Part shown: one piece after another, positions 27,767 through 37,463 of the stretch
How the letters are laid out: each line of letters begins with the position of its first letter
Numbering within the stretch: position 1 is the first letter of the stretch
DNA from: an uncultured Phycisphaeraceae bacterium
GTDB lineage: Bacteria > Planctomycetota > Phycisphaerae > UBA1845
Direction of reading: 5' to 3'
DNA length: 64,000 nucleotides
NCBI GenBank assembly: GCA_964494205.1
Contig: CAZBRD010000004.1
Location: 164,170 to 228,169 of the forward strand
The notes under the pieces: model-generated
Told to the model about the DNA's origin: nothing
Databases searched by the model: none
What the model saw: only the letters and a program-made list of their open reading frames with translations
Position numbers and translations under genes: made by a program

Positions 27767-28933
27767 ATGTGTTTAGATTGCGTTACCCGTCTGCGAAGAT
27801 TCTGCACTCTCTTGGGTGTGATCTTGGCCATTCACTGCACTCTTGCGCTTGCGGCCGAACCAACACCCTCGACAAAACCCGACGAAGCGGTAACCGAACC
27901 ACAGGCGAACGAAACAGGCGAATATGTTCCCGAGAAGGGCGAGGTCGGTGACGACGAGTTCAGCGCGCATGGATTCAATGTCTTGCGCGTCGAGAGTGAG
28001 GACAAGATCGTCGTACCTGCGGCGCAGGCGGACGCGGTTTGGAAATACCTGATCGAAAAGTACGTCACCAACATCGAGACGCTCAAGGAAATCGACCCGA
28101 CATTGACGGCCTACTTCAGCGAGGAACTTTTTCGAGATACCTATTACGACACGCCATCGTTGCAAGTTTCGGCAATGCAATCTGGCGTGCGACATCGCCG
28201 CCGCGTCAACCTGACCAATCCCAACGATCGCAAGAGCGGCCGCGAGTTGATGCAGATTAAAGTCAGCAATATTTCGTCTCGAGCGATGGAGCGAGGCGAA
28301 CTGAAATACGAAATTGAGTACAACTCGAAGGTTAAGACGGAAGAAGATGCGCACCCGATGCTGGGAATCGTTAAGGCAGAGCATCGCGCGGACTTCAAGC
28401 AGCAACTGGGAAAGCTGGGCGTCGATCCCTTTGCCATGCGTGAGATCCTGACGATCGATGACATTCGGCGGCGCGTCTACGTCTTGAGCAACGGCAAGTC
28501 GTTTATTTCCATTTCGCATGACACCGCTAGCTCCGACAAGATGTGGGCGAAGTTTCGCCTAGTCGAGATTGAGCCGGAACTGAACGAAATCGCATTTACC
28601 GAAGGCGACGTAACCAAGCGGAACCGCATGCGCGAAATCGGAACAAACATTTCAAAGGACTTGATGGAGAAGTTCCCCGATCTGAAGCGCGACCTGACGC
28701 CCAAATACAACAAAGCACTGTTCTCATTCGAATCGCAAATCCCGGCCCTTCGATTCCTGATCAAGATGGACCTGGATAATTATGAAGGCGTCATCGGAAT
28801 TGGCGCCGTCAGCATGGGCGCAGTCGTTATGGCAATCGTCGTGGCCGTGCGCTTGGCTCGGAAGAAGGGCAAAACGGGCGGCGCGCCGCCAAGCAGGTAC
28901 ATGAAGTCGCAAACCGTAGGCACGTCGGCCTGA
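27767..28933 (+). CDS. CYTH-like (triphosphate tunnel) domain protein with an N-terminal signal peptide and a C-terminal TM anchor
   Basis: ExExK signature in LRVESEDKIVV. Other CYTH-like blocks: FRDTYYDTPSL...GVRHRRRV, LMQIKV, ERGELKYEIEY, ISISHDTA and FRLVEIEPE. Signal LLGVILAIHCTLALAAE. C-terminal TM GAVSMGAVVMAIVVAVRLARKKGK. Confidence 0.7.
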   Translation: MCLDCVTRLRRFCTLLGVILAIHCTLALAAEPTPSTKPDEAVTEPQANETGEYVPEKGEVGDDEFSAHGFNVLRVESEDKIVVPAAQADAVWKYLIEKYVTNIETLKEIDPTLTAYFSEELFRDTYYDTPSLQVSAMQSGVRHRRRVNLTNPNDRKSGRELMQIKVSNISSRAMERGELKYEIEYNSKVKTEEDAHPMLGIVKAEHRADFKQQLGKLGVDPFAMREILTIDDIRRRVYVLSNGKSFISISHDTASSDKMWAKFRLVEIEPELNEIAFTEGDVTKRNRMREIGTNISKDLMEKFPDLKRDLTPKYNKALFSFESQIPALRFLIKMDLDNYEGVIGIGAVSMGAVVMAIVVAVRLARKKGKTGGAPPSRYMKSQTVGTSA

Positions 28934-28996
28934 GGGATCACATCGAAGTAAGTCAATGAGGTCGCCGATAGCGTCGTCGGCTTGCGTCGCACTGCG

Positions 28997-29698
28997 CTAC
29001 TCAACGCGTTGCGGCGCGTAGAGCCCGACCAGACGCGAAATCAAAATTGCCACGTAGAACAGCCCGGTGGTCGCTTCAAATACGGCCAGCAACCTCGCGG
29101 TGCTGGCTACGGGCACAATGTCACCAAATCCAACCGTGCCCATCACTCCAAAGCTGAAGTAAACCGCGGTGAACCCGTTCATCGTTTGCCCCGCCGATGA
29201 GACGTTGTACTGAAACGCGCTCGGCTGCAGCTTGGAAATGAGCAGATAGAGAGACGCCCAAATAATCACCATCAACAGATAACCTGCGATTCCCGCGCTG
29301 AGCACCTCCGTGTCCACGCGCGGCGCGCGAAAGATGAAGACCATCAGTTGCAGAAAAACGATCGTCAGGCACGGAATTCCAAACATGATGTACAGGCCCG
29401 GCGGCAAGACACCTGGTTGAAAATGATCAAACCAACGAGTCGCCACCGCGAAAACGGCGAGACCGAGCGTGACCGCAAACAACCTTCGCTTCGTCTTCGT
29501 TACCCAGGCCGCCCAAAGGAAAACGATCGTCACCATTGAGATCTGAATCAGGTCACCCGCCGGCAAGTTTAATTCGACGAAACTCGTCGCGATAATCAGA
29601 AGCGTCAGTGCGATCAGCAGGCCGCGCATGATAAAACGGTTTGAAGGTGCTTCAATGCGATTCTCCAGCTCGGAATGCATACTTTTTCCTAATTCCAT
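28997..29698 (-). CDS. Potassium channel family protein
   Basis: Selectivity filter VMGTVGFGDIVP preceded by several TM helices. Confidence 0.8.
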   Translation of the reverse strand: MELGKSMHSELENRIEAPSNRFIMRGLLIALTLLIIATSFVELNLPAGDLIQISMVTIVFLWAAWVTKTKRRLFAVTLGLAVFAVATRWFDHFQPGVLPPGLYIMFGIPCLTIVFLQLMVFIFRAPRVDTEVLSAGIAGYLLMVIIWASLYLLISKLQPSAFQYNVSSAGQTMNGFTAVYFSFGVMGTVGFGDIVPVASTARLLAVFEATTGLFYVAILISRLVGLYAPQRVE

Positions 29699-29777
29699 AT
29701 CAATCCCAAATCTAACTTACTGGTCGAAAATAGTACCACCGTGGATCTCTTCCCCGTTCCGCGTTAGCGCCCAAGCA

Positions 29778-30749
29778 TCAGTGTACAGCCAGCAATCTCT
29801 CGACATGAATGGCCACAGAATTGGCCAGGGCGTTCAGGTCATAACCGCCCTCCAACAGGCTCACGACACGAGCCCGGCAATGCGTTTCAGCCACCTGCAT
29901 CAGCGCGTCTGTCATCCATGCGAAGGATTCCGTATCAAGCGATTGATTCCCGAGCGGGTCGTCGCGATGCGCATCAAACCCCGCGGAAATGAGCAGAAAT
30001 TCAGGACAGAACTTGTCCAGCGCAGGCAGCACCTGTTCGTCAAACGCCTTGCGATATTCAGCGTCGCCACTGGAAGGCAGCATGGGAATGTTGATCGTGA
30101 AGCCTTCGCCCGCGCCCTTGCCGCGTTCGTGGGCATAGCCGGTGCCAGGGTATGTCACTCCCGGCTGGCCGTGCAGGCTGATAAACAGGACGCGCGCGTC
30201 GGACTCGAACGAGTGCTGCGTGGCGTTGCCATGGTGAACGTCCCAATCGACGATCGCGACGCGCGACAACCCGTGTTTATCGACGAGATGTTGGGCAGCG
30301 ATAGCAATGTTATTGAACAGGCAGAAACCCATCGATCGGGTGCGCTCGGCGTGGTGACCCGGCGGTCGAATGACACAGAAAGCATTCGTCAGCTCGCCCG
30401 CCATCACGCGATCCACCGCGTTGATCGCCGCACCCGCAGCCATGCGAGCAATCTCGAAGCTGGCCGGACAGATGGCGCTATCGGGAACGTCAATAAAGCT
30501 GCGTCCCTGCGAACACGCGAGATCAACGCGGTCGATGTATTCGCGGGCGTGGATGCGCTCGACGAGCCTTAGCTCAATGGGTGTTGCATGAATTGGCCGG
30601 CATTTCTCGACAAGCCCGCGCTTCATAAGTTCGGCTTCGATAGCAACGACTCGCTCGGGTCGCTCGGGGTGATTCGGACCGGTGAGGTGGTCGCGAAAGC
30701 GAGAATCGAGGACAAGGCCAGTCTGGGTCATGCAATGGCACCGCTTCAA
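29778..30749 (-). CDS. Histone deacetylase-family (AcuC/Aph-type) amidohydrolase
   Basis: RPPGHHAE, IVDWDVHHGNATQ, LISAGFDAH and LEGGY motifs. Confidence 0.9.
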   Translation of the reverse strand: MKRCHCMTQTGLVLDSRFRDHLTGPNHPERPERVVAIEAELMKRGLVEKCRPIHATPIELRLVERIHAREYIDRVDLACSQGRSFIDVPDSAICPASFEIARMAAGAAINAVDRVMAGELTNAFCVIRPPGHHAERTRSMGFCLFNNIAIAAQHLVDKHGLSRVAIVDWDVHHGNATQHSFESDARVLFISLHGQPGVTYPGTGYAHERGKGAGEGFTINIPMLPSSGDAEYRKAFDEQVLPALDKFCPEFLLISAGFDAHRDDPLGNQSLDTESFAWMTDALMQVAETHCRARVVSLLEGGYDLNALANSVAIHVERLLAVH

Positions 30750-30944
30750 GTTCGTTGATAACGCAACCGAGCCTATAGCGGTCTAAGACGTGAAGCAAGA
30801 TTGCGCGCCTAAGCGCTTCAACCTTGCGCTCTTCTTCAGTTGTTTAGTCAAGTTGCCTGTAAGGAATCCGAGCCCCCTGCACAAGCAGGGGATTATCGCG
30901 GCGGGCATGCGATTTCAAATAGACCATGAAGGCCGAACGTACGA

Positions 30945-32075
30945 CTAGCGCTTCTCAATCGACACGTAGGGCACGTCGTGTTGGCCGACCCACTTCTGCT
31001 CGGGACGGAAGATGCGGTTGTTCTTGAGTTGCTCGCGCCAGTGCGCCAGCCACCCGGCCGTGCGCGACATCGCGAAACACGGTGTGTAGCAATCCGAAGG
31101 CACGCCAATCTCGCTGTACACGATGCCCGCATAGAAGTCGACGTTTGGCCAGATGCCTTTGTCGCCGTAGTGGTCTGCCATGATGTTCGCGACTTCAACC
31201 GCGATTTCGAAATGAGGCCTGCCGCTCTTGCCTGCAAGGTCTTCAGCGTATCGCTTGAGCACCCGCGCCCGCGGATCGACGGTCTTGTAGACACGGTGCC
31301 CAAAGCCCGGAATCTTGGCCTTTTCCTTGATCATCCGCTCGATGACTTCGCGAGCGCGCTTGGGAGTGCCAATATTCTTGAAAAGCTCCATCGCGTCTTC
31401 GTTGGCGCCGCCATGCAGCGGACCGGAAAGCGCGCCGAGCGCCGAGCTGACCACGCAATACGGATCAGCCAGCGTCGAACCGACAACTCGACCCGCGAAT
31501 GTCGACGCGTTCATCGAGTGGTCGGCGTGAAGAATGAGACAGACATCAAGAATGCGAGCGAACTTCTGGTCCGGCTCCTTGCCATTGAGCATGTAAAGGA
31601 AGTTAGCCGCCGCGCTCAAATCCTCGCGCGGGAGAATGTGATCGTTGCCTTTTCGCAAACGATCAAACGCAGCCACAATCGTCGGCATCTTGGCGATGAT
31701 GCGCAGGATCGCGTGATGACGCGCATCGTCATCCATCTCACGCCGACGCGGATAGAACATACCCACCGCTGCAACAGCCGCCTGCAACGCGTCCATCGGG
31801 TGACCATGTTCCGGCAGGCACTTGATGAGATCGATGATGCGATACTTCAGCCGGCGGTACTTGGCGATGTCATCCTTGTAAGTCTGCAACTCGGCTGACG
31901 TGGGAAGCTTGCCGAGCAGCAGAAGCATCGACGTCTCTTCGTACGTGCTCTTTTCAGCCAGCGCCTCAACGTTAATGCCGCGGTATTCGAGCTTGCCCGC
32001 CTGACCATCGACAAAACTGATGGCCGACTCCGCTATCGGCACGCCGTCCAAACCGGGAATGACTTCCATCGCCAT
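30945..32075 (-). CDS. gltA: Citrate synthase
   Basis: PGLDGV...SFVDG, LILHADHSMNASTF, GPLHGGANE, GFGHRVYKTVDPRA, and a C-terminal RPEQKWVG-like pattern. The start was chosen at the MAMEVIPGL Met; the track ORF extends to 32168. Confidence 0.92.
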   Translation of the reverse strand: MAMEVIPGLDGVPIAESAISFVDGQAGKLEYRGINVEALAEKSTYEETSMLLLLGKLPTSAELQTYKDDIAKYRRLKYRIIDLIKCLPEHGHPMDALQAAVAAVGMFYPRRREMDDDARHHAILRIIAKMPTIVAAFDRLRKGNDHILPREDLSAAANFLYMLNGKEPDQKFARILDVCLILHADHSMNASTFAGRVVGSTLADPYCVVSSALGALSGPLHGGANEDAMELFKNIGTPKRAREVIERMIKEKAKIPGFGHRVYKTVDPRARVLKRYAEDLAGKSGRPHFEIAVEVANIMADHYGDKGIWPNVDFYAGIVYSEIGVPSDCYTPCFAMSRTAGWLAHWREQLKNNRIFRPEQKWVGQHDVPYVSIEKR

Positions 32076-32310
32076 AGTGCTCTTTCGGGTACGTACCCTG
32101 TGAAATGTTCCTGACAACCCTCGCAGTTTATCGGCAGCCGATCCGCAGCGCCGAAGTTCGGTCTCCACGTCGGTCGGAAACCCAACCGGCTCCGTGATTT
32201 ATCGCGCCTCGCTAGGTGGGAAAAAGCGCCCCTGACTTTCGGGTCCGCCAAGGTATCAGGCAATTAGTTATGAGTCTAGCAAGCTGAAAAGTGGAGAAAA
32301 CGGCGAAGGC

Positions 32311-32368
32311 AAGTAAAACAAAACACCCGGCTTCGTCGCCTCACATGGAAGCGCGTCGCCGGGTGTTT
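32311..32368 (-). terminator. Intrinsic terminator-like hairpin in the aspC-gltA spacer
   Basis: The minus strand reads aaacacccggc...gccgggtgttt followed by tgttttac. It lies ~420 nt downstream of the aminotransferase stop and ~240 nt upstream of the citrate synthase start. Confidence 0.55.
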
Positions 32369-32787
32369 CCCTCCCCCTCCGAAAGTTGATCGCGAGTTCA
32401 CGCCCGCAGCACGAAGCGCGGGTGGACCAGCGTGCGACCAACCATCGAATTGAACCGGTTGCTTCTTTTTGTTGGCGAGATGGTGAGAGTCCTAACAGCG
32501 AAGATGGCCTGTTTCTAACCTCAACTGCCCTACCAACTTTACGATTTGGATGCTAATGCCATACGGTATGGGCTGTCAACAAAATCTTCTCTAGATTTCC
32601 AAGTTTTCTATAGCGCGGCTCAAAGGGGAAGGCGGTGAAGTCTTAACCGTACGGTTGGCCCATTGCGCGTTTTCCCATAATAACAGGTCTACGCAAGGCT
32701 CAACCTCATGTTTTCGTCAAATGTCGGCTTGGAAATGCACCTTTTCGCGATGTTTCCTAGATGACCGGCTGAATGCGAATGAGGAGG

Positions 32788-33963
32788 CTACTGCAGAAAG
32801 CGGCCAAGTCTTTCAAGACCCTCGCGGACGTGGTCCATTCCCAGAGCGAACGACAAGCGGATGTGTTCATCCGCTCCAAACCCCCCACCGGGCACGACCG
32901 CTACATGGACCTTCTCAAGAAGTTGTGCGGAGAACTCGGTCGAGTTGCTTACGCCGAGTCGCTTAAACGTGCCCGAGACGTTTGGGAAGCAGAAAAACGC
33001 GCCCGTCGGTTTGGGGCAGCGAACGCCCGGAAACGAGAGCAACTTCTTCCACATGTACTCGCCGCGACGCTCAAACTCAGCCCGCATGGTCTCCACGGAA
33101 GCCTGGTCGCCGTTGAGTGCTTCCGCGAGCGCCATCTGCGTGAATGTGGCAGGACCGCTGGTGGTCTGGCCTTGCAGCTTGGCCATCCCATCGATGAGGT
33201 CGCGCGGACCAGCCGCGTATCCGATTCGCCATCCGGTCATCGCATACGTTTTTGACCCGGCATTTAGCGTAAGCGTCTTGGCGTACGCATCCAGCGAAGT
33301 GGCAGCAAAACTAAGCGTCTTCTGCCCGAAAAAGAGCGTCTGATCATAGATTTCATCAGAAAGCACGACGATGTCCCGACCGCGAACGACCTCAGCCAAC
33401 GCCCGCGTCTCATCGGGCGAATAGGTCACACCGCTGGGGTTGGAAGGCGAATTGAAAATGATCATGCGCGTCTTGGCGGTCAACACACCCCGGAGTTCAC
33501 TCGGCGTCAGCTTGTAATCGTTCGACTCCGCACCGGTGACAAACACTGGCACTCCGCCCGCCAGCTTCACGATCTCCGGGTAACTGACCCAGTACGGCAC
33601 CGGAATAATCACTTCGTCGCCGGGATCGATGACCGCCTGCACAGCCATGTACACGCCCATCTTCCCGCCCGGCGTGATAACAACCTGCTCCGGCGCATAA
33701 TCGAGTCCGTTGACACGCTTGAGTTTCGCACACACAGCCTTCTTGGCGACGACAAGCCCGGAGGTGGGAGTCGGATACTTGGTGAACCCCTTCTGCATGG
33801 CTTCGACCGCAGCCTGCACGATCGCGGGCGGCGTGGGGAAGTCCGGTTCGCCGACGCCGAAGCCAATCACGTCGATGCCCTCGGCCTTCATCTTTGCGGC
33901 CTTGGCCGTGACAGCCAGGGTAGCTGATTCTTCAAGCTCCAGAATGCGTCGTGCCAGTTTCAT
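32788..33963 (-). CDS. Pyridoxal-phosphate-dependent aminotransferase class I (aspartate aminotransferase-like)
   Basis: GEPDFPTP, NSPSNPSG, LSDEIY and the PLP-lysine context GSKTYAMTGWRIGY. Confidence 0.9.
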   Translation of the reverse strand: MKLARRILELEESATLAVTAKAAKMKAEGIDVIGFGVGEPDFPTPPAIVQAAVEAMQKGFTKYPTPTSGLVVAKKAVCAKLKRVNGLDYAPEQVVITPGGKMGVYMAVQAVIDPGDEVIIPVPYWVSYPEIVKLAGGVPVFVTGAESNDYKLTPSELRGVLTAKTRMIIFNSPSNPSGVTYSPDETRALAEVVRGRDIVVLSDEIYDQTLFFGQKTLSFAATSLDAYAKTLTLNAGSKTYAMTGWRIGYAAGPRDLIDGMAKLQGQTTSGPATFTQMALAEALNGDQASVETMRAEFERRGEYMWKKLLSFPGVRCPKPTGAFFCFPNVSGTFKRLGVSNSTEFSAQLLEKVHVAVVPGGGFGADEHIRLSFALGMDHVREGLERLGRFLQ

Positions 33964-34060
33964 GAAATCATTCCTCGTCGTACGAGAAAATCATCGACCG
34001 CAAACGGGCCGGACTCGTGAAATGTATGGTAAGTGGGTGCGTCGAGGCAGGAAATAGCTG

Positions 34061-34648
34061 TTACGCGGAACAAGCGGCGCAGTTGTCCGCGGGGCCTCGC
34101 AGCAGATAACCGCAGAATCGGCAGTAAAGTCGATTGCGGCGGTTCTTATCGAACAGTTTCTCAAGGCAGAAACGACGCGAGCGGGAGAGGACTACCAGCA
34201 CAGCAAAGAGGAACAACGTCGAGTTTTCAAGCAACTTCTTCCAGATCAAGACCGGACCTGCACCGCAGCCGCAATCGAAAACAATCTCAAAGAACGGTTT
34301 TCCATCAGTGACGTGAATGTCCCACGCACGCAGAAAAATAGCCGGCGTGAAGACGGCGAGCATCACCGCCATCAGCGCTCCGGCTCCCCTCACCCAAACT
34401 CCAAAGAGCAGCGCCAACCCGCAGAGCACCTCGAGCCACGGCAACACGATCGCGATGCTGTTGATGTAAATCGCAGGATCATCCGGCAACATCTTGTAGA
34501 GTCGAATGGCCTTGAGAAAAGCGATGGGGTCCAGGATTTTCTTGGTACCCAGGTAGAGAAAGAGCGCAGCCAGCACGAGTCGCAGGAGCAACAACGGAAT
34601 CCCGGTCTGATCAATTCGTTGAATGATACCCGGACGCTGCGTGATCAT
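34061..34648 (-). CDS. MauE/DoxX-family membrane protein with a C-terminal Cys-rich (zinc-ribbon-like) tail
   Basis: 4-5 TM segments (LRLVLAALFLYLGTKK, LPWLEVLCGLALLFG, ...). CGCG motif. Tail CRFCGYLLRGPADNCAAC. It overlaps the rhodanese gene stop by 4 nt. Confidence 0.7.
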   Translation of the reverse strand: MITQRPGIIQRIDQTGIPLLLLRLVLAALFLYLGTKKILDPIAFLKAIRLYKMLPDDPAIYINSIAIVLPWLEVLCGLALLFGVWVRGAGALMAVMLAVFTPAIFLRAWDIHVTDGKPFFEIVFDCGCGAGPVLIWKKLLENSTLFLFAVLVVLSRSRRFCLEKLFDKNRRNRLYCRFCGYLLRGPADNCAACSA

Positions 34649-35355
34649 TCATCTGACTCCTCGGACGAAGTGTCGGAGGAATCATCAGCCGACGAAGAGT
34701 CCGCTTCACTGGAATCTGCGGCTGACGACGTCTCTTCGGAAGCAGGATTTCCAGAGCCTATTTCCTTCGGATACCCCCGCTTCGACCACTCAGCCCAGCC
34801 CTCGTCAAAAAGCAGGAGCGATTCGTATGGAATGTCTGATTCGAAAAGGTCCTTACAGACCAGGCCGCTGTCTTCGCAGTCGCCGCCGTTGCAATAGACG
34901 ATTACCTTCGCGGCACCTTTCACTTGCTCCAAGGTTCGATCAAGGTACTTCGTGAGAAAGTAATGATCGCACTGGACAGCCCCAGGAATGTGACCCTCCG
35001 CAAATCGTTCGTCGCTCCGAGCGTCGACAAAAACATAAAGACCTGATTCCCTCTTTGGATCGTTGTAGAGTTCATACGCCTCGGTCGCGTTGATCGCGAC
35101 AAACCCGTGCACTTTCCGAACGCCCGTGGTGTCTCCTGTGGACTTGTTTGCATCGTGTACGGTGGTTGAGTTGCCGGCGTCCGATGGGGTCTTCGCAACA
35201 TTCCCCTTATCAGTAGGCACGTCGATCTTGAGATCAAAATAGTTCTGCGTGGGCTTGATCGTCTTCGCCCGCGCGGCGTTGACAGAAAAGCCAACCACGC
35301 TGCCAATCAGCACCAGGCAGATGAACTCGAAAACTGTCCGCCCAAATCGCCGCAT
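34645..35355 (-). CDS. Membrane-anchored rhodanese-domain protein with an acidic Ser-rich tail
   Basis: N-terminal TM. Rhodanese pattern FVDARSDERFAEGHIPGAV...VIVYCNGGDCEDS. C-terminal tail SSEADSSSADDSSDTSSEESDE. Confidence 0.8.
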   Translation of the reverse strand: MRRFGRTVFEFICLVLIGSVVGFSVNAARAKTIKPTQNYFDLKIDVPTDKGNVAKTPSDAGNSTTVHDANKSTGDTTGVRKVHGFVAINATEAYELYNDPKRESGLYVFVDARSDERFAEGHIPGAVQCDHYFLTKYLDRTLEQVKGAAKVIVYCNGGDCEDSGLVCKDLFESDIPYESLLLFDEGWAEWSKRGYPKEIGSGNPASEETSSAADSSEADSSSADDSSDTSSEESDE

Positions 35356-35504
35356 CTAGTTAACCTGCAAATCGTGAAAACAACGACCACCTGCTACGAA
35401 TGATTGCATTTGTTCCACGCTCGATCAACCTTGGGCCAATCCATCGTTGCGCGAGCGTGACAGCCATGCAGACCGTACCGGAAAAATGCCCAGACATGCA
35501 CGAA

Positions 35505-36230
35505 TTATCTGCTTCGCAATAGGGCCAATCGATTATCTTCCCAGCATCGCTTGAGCGAGTGTTCGGTGGGCAACTCCAGCGTAACAGTCGGGATGCCCCG
35601 TTCGATGCCCGCCCATGTCCCAAAACTCCCCGGCGTGGGATAACCGATCGAGCTGGTCACGGGGTACTTGTTATGCCGACTCATGCGCTGTGCATGGCGT
35701 TTGGCAGGACCATCAAAGTTATTGCAGAAGCGACCACCGCTGATCGAATGAATGGTGATGATCAACGACGGCGCGAAGCGCTCAATCACATCGATCACGC
35801 ACCTGGTTTCCGGCTCACTCGCGGCCTTTGGTCCGCCGAACATGCGACTTCGAGGGTTGCCAAGTTCCCAGTTGCTCGCCGGAAAGTTGCGATTGATGTC
35901 CACTTTTCTTGCGTTACGACGTGAGCGGATCTCGTAACCGTCGGGATTCACGATCGGAACGATGATCCAATTGCGGCCTTGGCGCGCCGCGTAATCACCA
36001 GCGAGGGCCACACCAAGTTTCTGTGCGATCGCAACAGATTTTGGCTCATCGCCGTGAAATCCACCAAAGATCAGAATTGAATCGCGCTGACCACTTATAT
36101 ACGTGTAAGCATGAATGGGTTGACGGCGCACAGACTTACCGCACGTGATGCGTTCGGGAACTTGTGGCACGGTGGCGACTGTCGTCCTAGTGGTCTGTTT
36201 CACTCGAAAATTCGGGTGAAAGTGTGCCAC
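35505..36230 (-). CDS. M14-family zinc carboxypeptidase-like protein (MpaA / murein peptide amidase-like)
   Basis: GGFHGDEP, VNPDGY and DINRNFP, followed by SEPET and TIHS motifs. Confidence 0.75.
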   Translation of the reverse strand: MAHFHPNFRVKQTTRTTVATVPQVPERITCGKSVRRQPIHAYTYISGQRDSILIFGGFHGDEPKSVAIAQKLGVALAGDYAARQGRNWIIVPIVNPDGYEIRSRRNARKVDINRNFPASNWELGNPRSRMFGGPKAASEPETRCVIDVIERFAPSLIITIHSISGGRFCNNFDGPAKRHAQRMSRHNKYPVTSSIGYPTPGSFGTWAGIERGIPTVTLELPTEHSLKRCWEDNRLALLRSR

Positions 36231-36290
36231 TGCTCTGTGAGCAGTGCGTTCACTCGTTGTGTGACCCGCTGATTCAAATACCTTGGGGAA

Positions 36291-37463
36291 CTAGTTCGAA
36301 CCGGCCGCAACCATCGGCGCCGGTTTCATCAAACGAGTCACCCGATGACCTTTGGCGCGAGTCTTAACCGGCTCGACCGCAGCCGCGCGAGGAATCATGT
36401 CGGCTGAACTCTCAAAGAACGAACCCAGGTTGCGAATCTTTTCCTGCCGCTTTCGTAAGAGAACATCGACCGGCAGATTACGAAGTCGATCAAGAGTTCC
36501 CACGATGTAGCGCTCGAGGCTGGCCGCCGCACTTTCCGGATCGCGATGTGCCCCGCCCAATGGCTCCGGCACCACGTCGTCAATCAATCCCAATTTCAAA
36601 AGCTCGCGCGATGTAATCCGAAGCGCCTCAGCCGCATGCTTGCGCCGCTCATTCGTCTTCCAAAGAATGGCAGCACAGCCCTCCGGCGAGATGACCGAAT
36701 AGAACGCGTTTTGCAGCATGGCGATTCGATCGCCTACGCCGATGCCCAACGCCCCACCGCTGCCGCCCTCTCCGATGATCGCACAGATGATCGGCGTACG
36801 CAGTCGGGACATTTCCATAAGGTTGACCGCGATCGAATACGCGATGCCTCTCGCCTCGGCCCCGATGCCCGGATAGGCACCCTGCGTGTCAATTAGACTG
36901 ACCACCGGCAGGTGGTACTTCTCGGCCAGCTTCATCATCCGCAGGGCTTTGCGATAGCCTTCCGGATGGGCACAGCCGAAGTTGCATGAGATTCGCTCCT
37001 TGACGTCCTTACCCTTGTTGTGGCCGATAAACGCCACCTTGTGCCCCCCGATCCGGGCGAAACCAGTGACAATCGCCCGGTCATCGCTGTAGATACGGTC
37101 GCCGTGGAGCTCACAGAAATCGCGGAACGCGAGCTGGAGGTAATCCGTCGATAGCGGCCGTTTGGGGTGGCGGGCGACCTGCACGGTCTCCCACGGGGTC
37201 AGGGAGGAATAAAGCCTCTTGAGAGTCGCCTTGAAGCGATCCCGCTGCTGTCTGATGTCGGCTGATAGGTCTCGACCCGATGCCTGGTGCTCTCGCTCCA
37301 TCTCATCGATGTCGAATTGGATTCGCTGTAATGGCTTCTCGAATTCGAGAAGCCCGTTCACACTCGCTGCGGACCCATTGGCCGACGAGCTCGTCGGTTC
37401 ATTGCTCATAGTTTTATAAGCCCTTTGCGGGCTCCTTTTCATTAGGCCGGATTCCCGCGCCAT
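36291..37463 (-). CDS. accA: Acetyl-CoA carboxylase carboxyltransferase subunit alpha
   Basis: LEFEKPL...LTPWETVQVARHPKRP...ELHGDR...GHNKGKD...NFGCAHPEGYRKALRMMKLAEKY.LPV..LIDTQGAYPGIGAEARG. The start is uncertain (alternative Met at 37409). Confidence 0.93.
   Translation of the reverse strand: MARESGLMKRSPQRAYKTMSNEPTSSSANGSAASVNGLLEFEKPLQRIQFDIDEMEREHQASGRDLSADIRQQRDRFKATLKRLYSSLTPWETVQVARHPKRPLSTDYLQLAFRDFCELHGDRIYSDDRAIVTGFARIGGHKVAFIGHNKGKDVKERISCNFGCAHPEGYRKALRMMKLAEKYHLPVVSLIDTQGAYPGIGAEARGIAYSIAVNLMEMSRLRTPIICAIIGEGGSGGALGIGVGDRIAMLQNAFYSVISPEGCAAILWKTNERRKHAAEALRITSRELLKLGLIDDVVPEPLGGAHRDPESAAASLERYIVGTLDRLRNLPVDVLLRKRQEKIRNLGSFFESSADMIPRAAAVEPVKTRAKGHRVTRLMKPAPMVAAGSN

Noticed and set aside
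32430-32480. ggttcaattcgatgg on the minus strand, resembling a tRNA/tmRNA T-arm, in the aspC-gltA spacer.
   Set aside because: The flanks do not form a 5-bp T stem around a 7-nt loop. No acceptor stem or CCA context is present, and no tag-like reading frame was seen.
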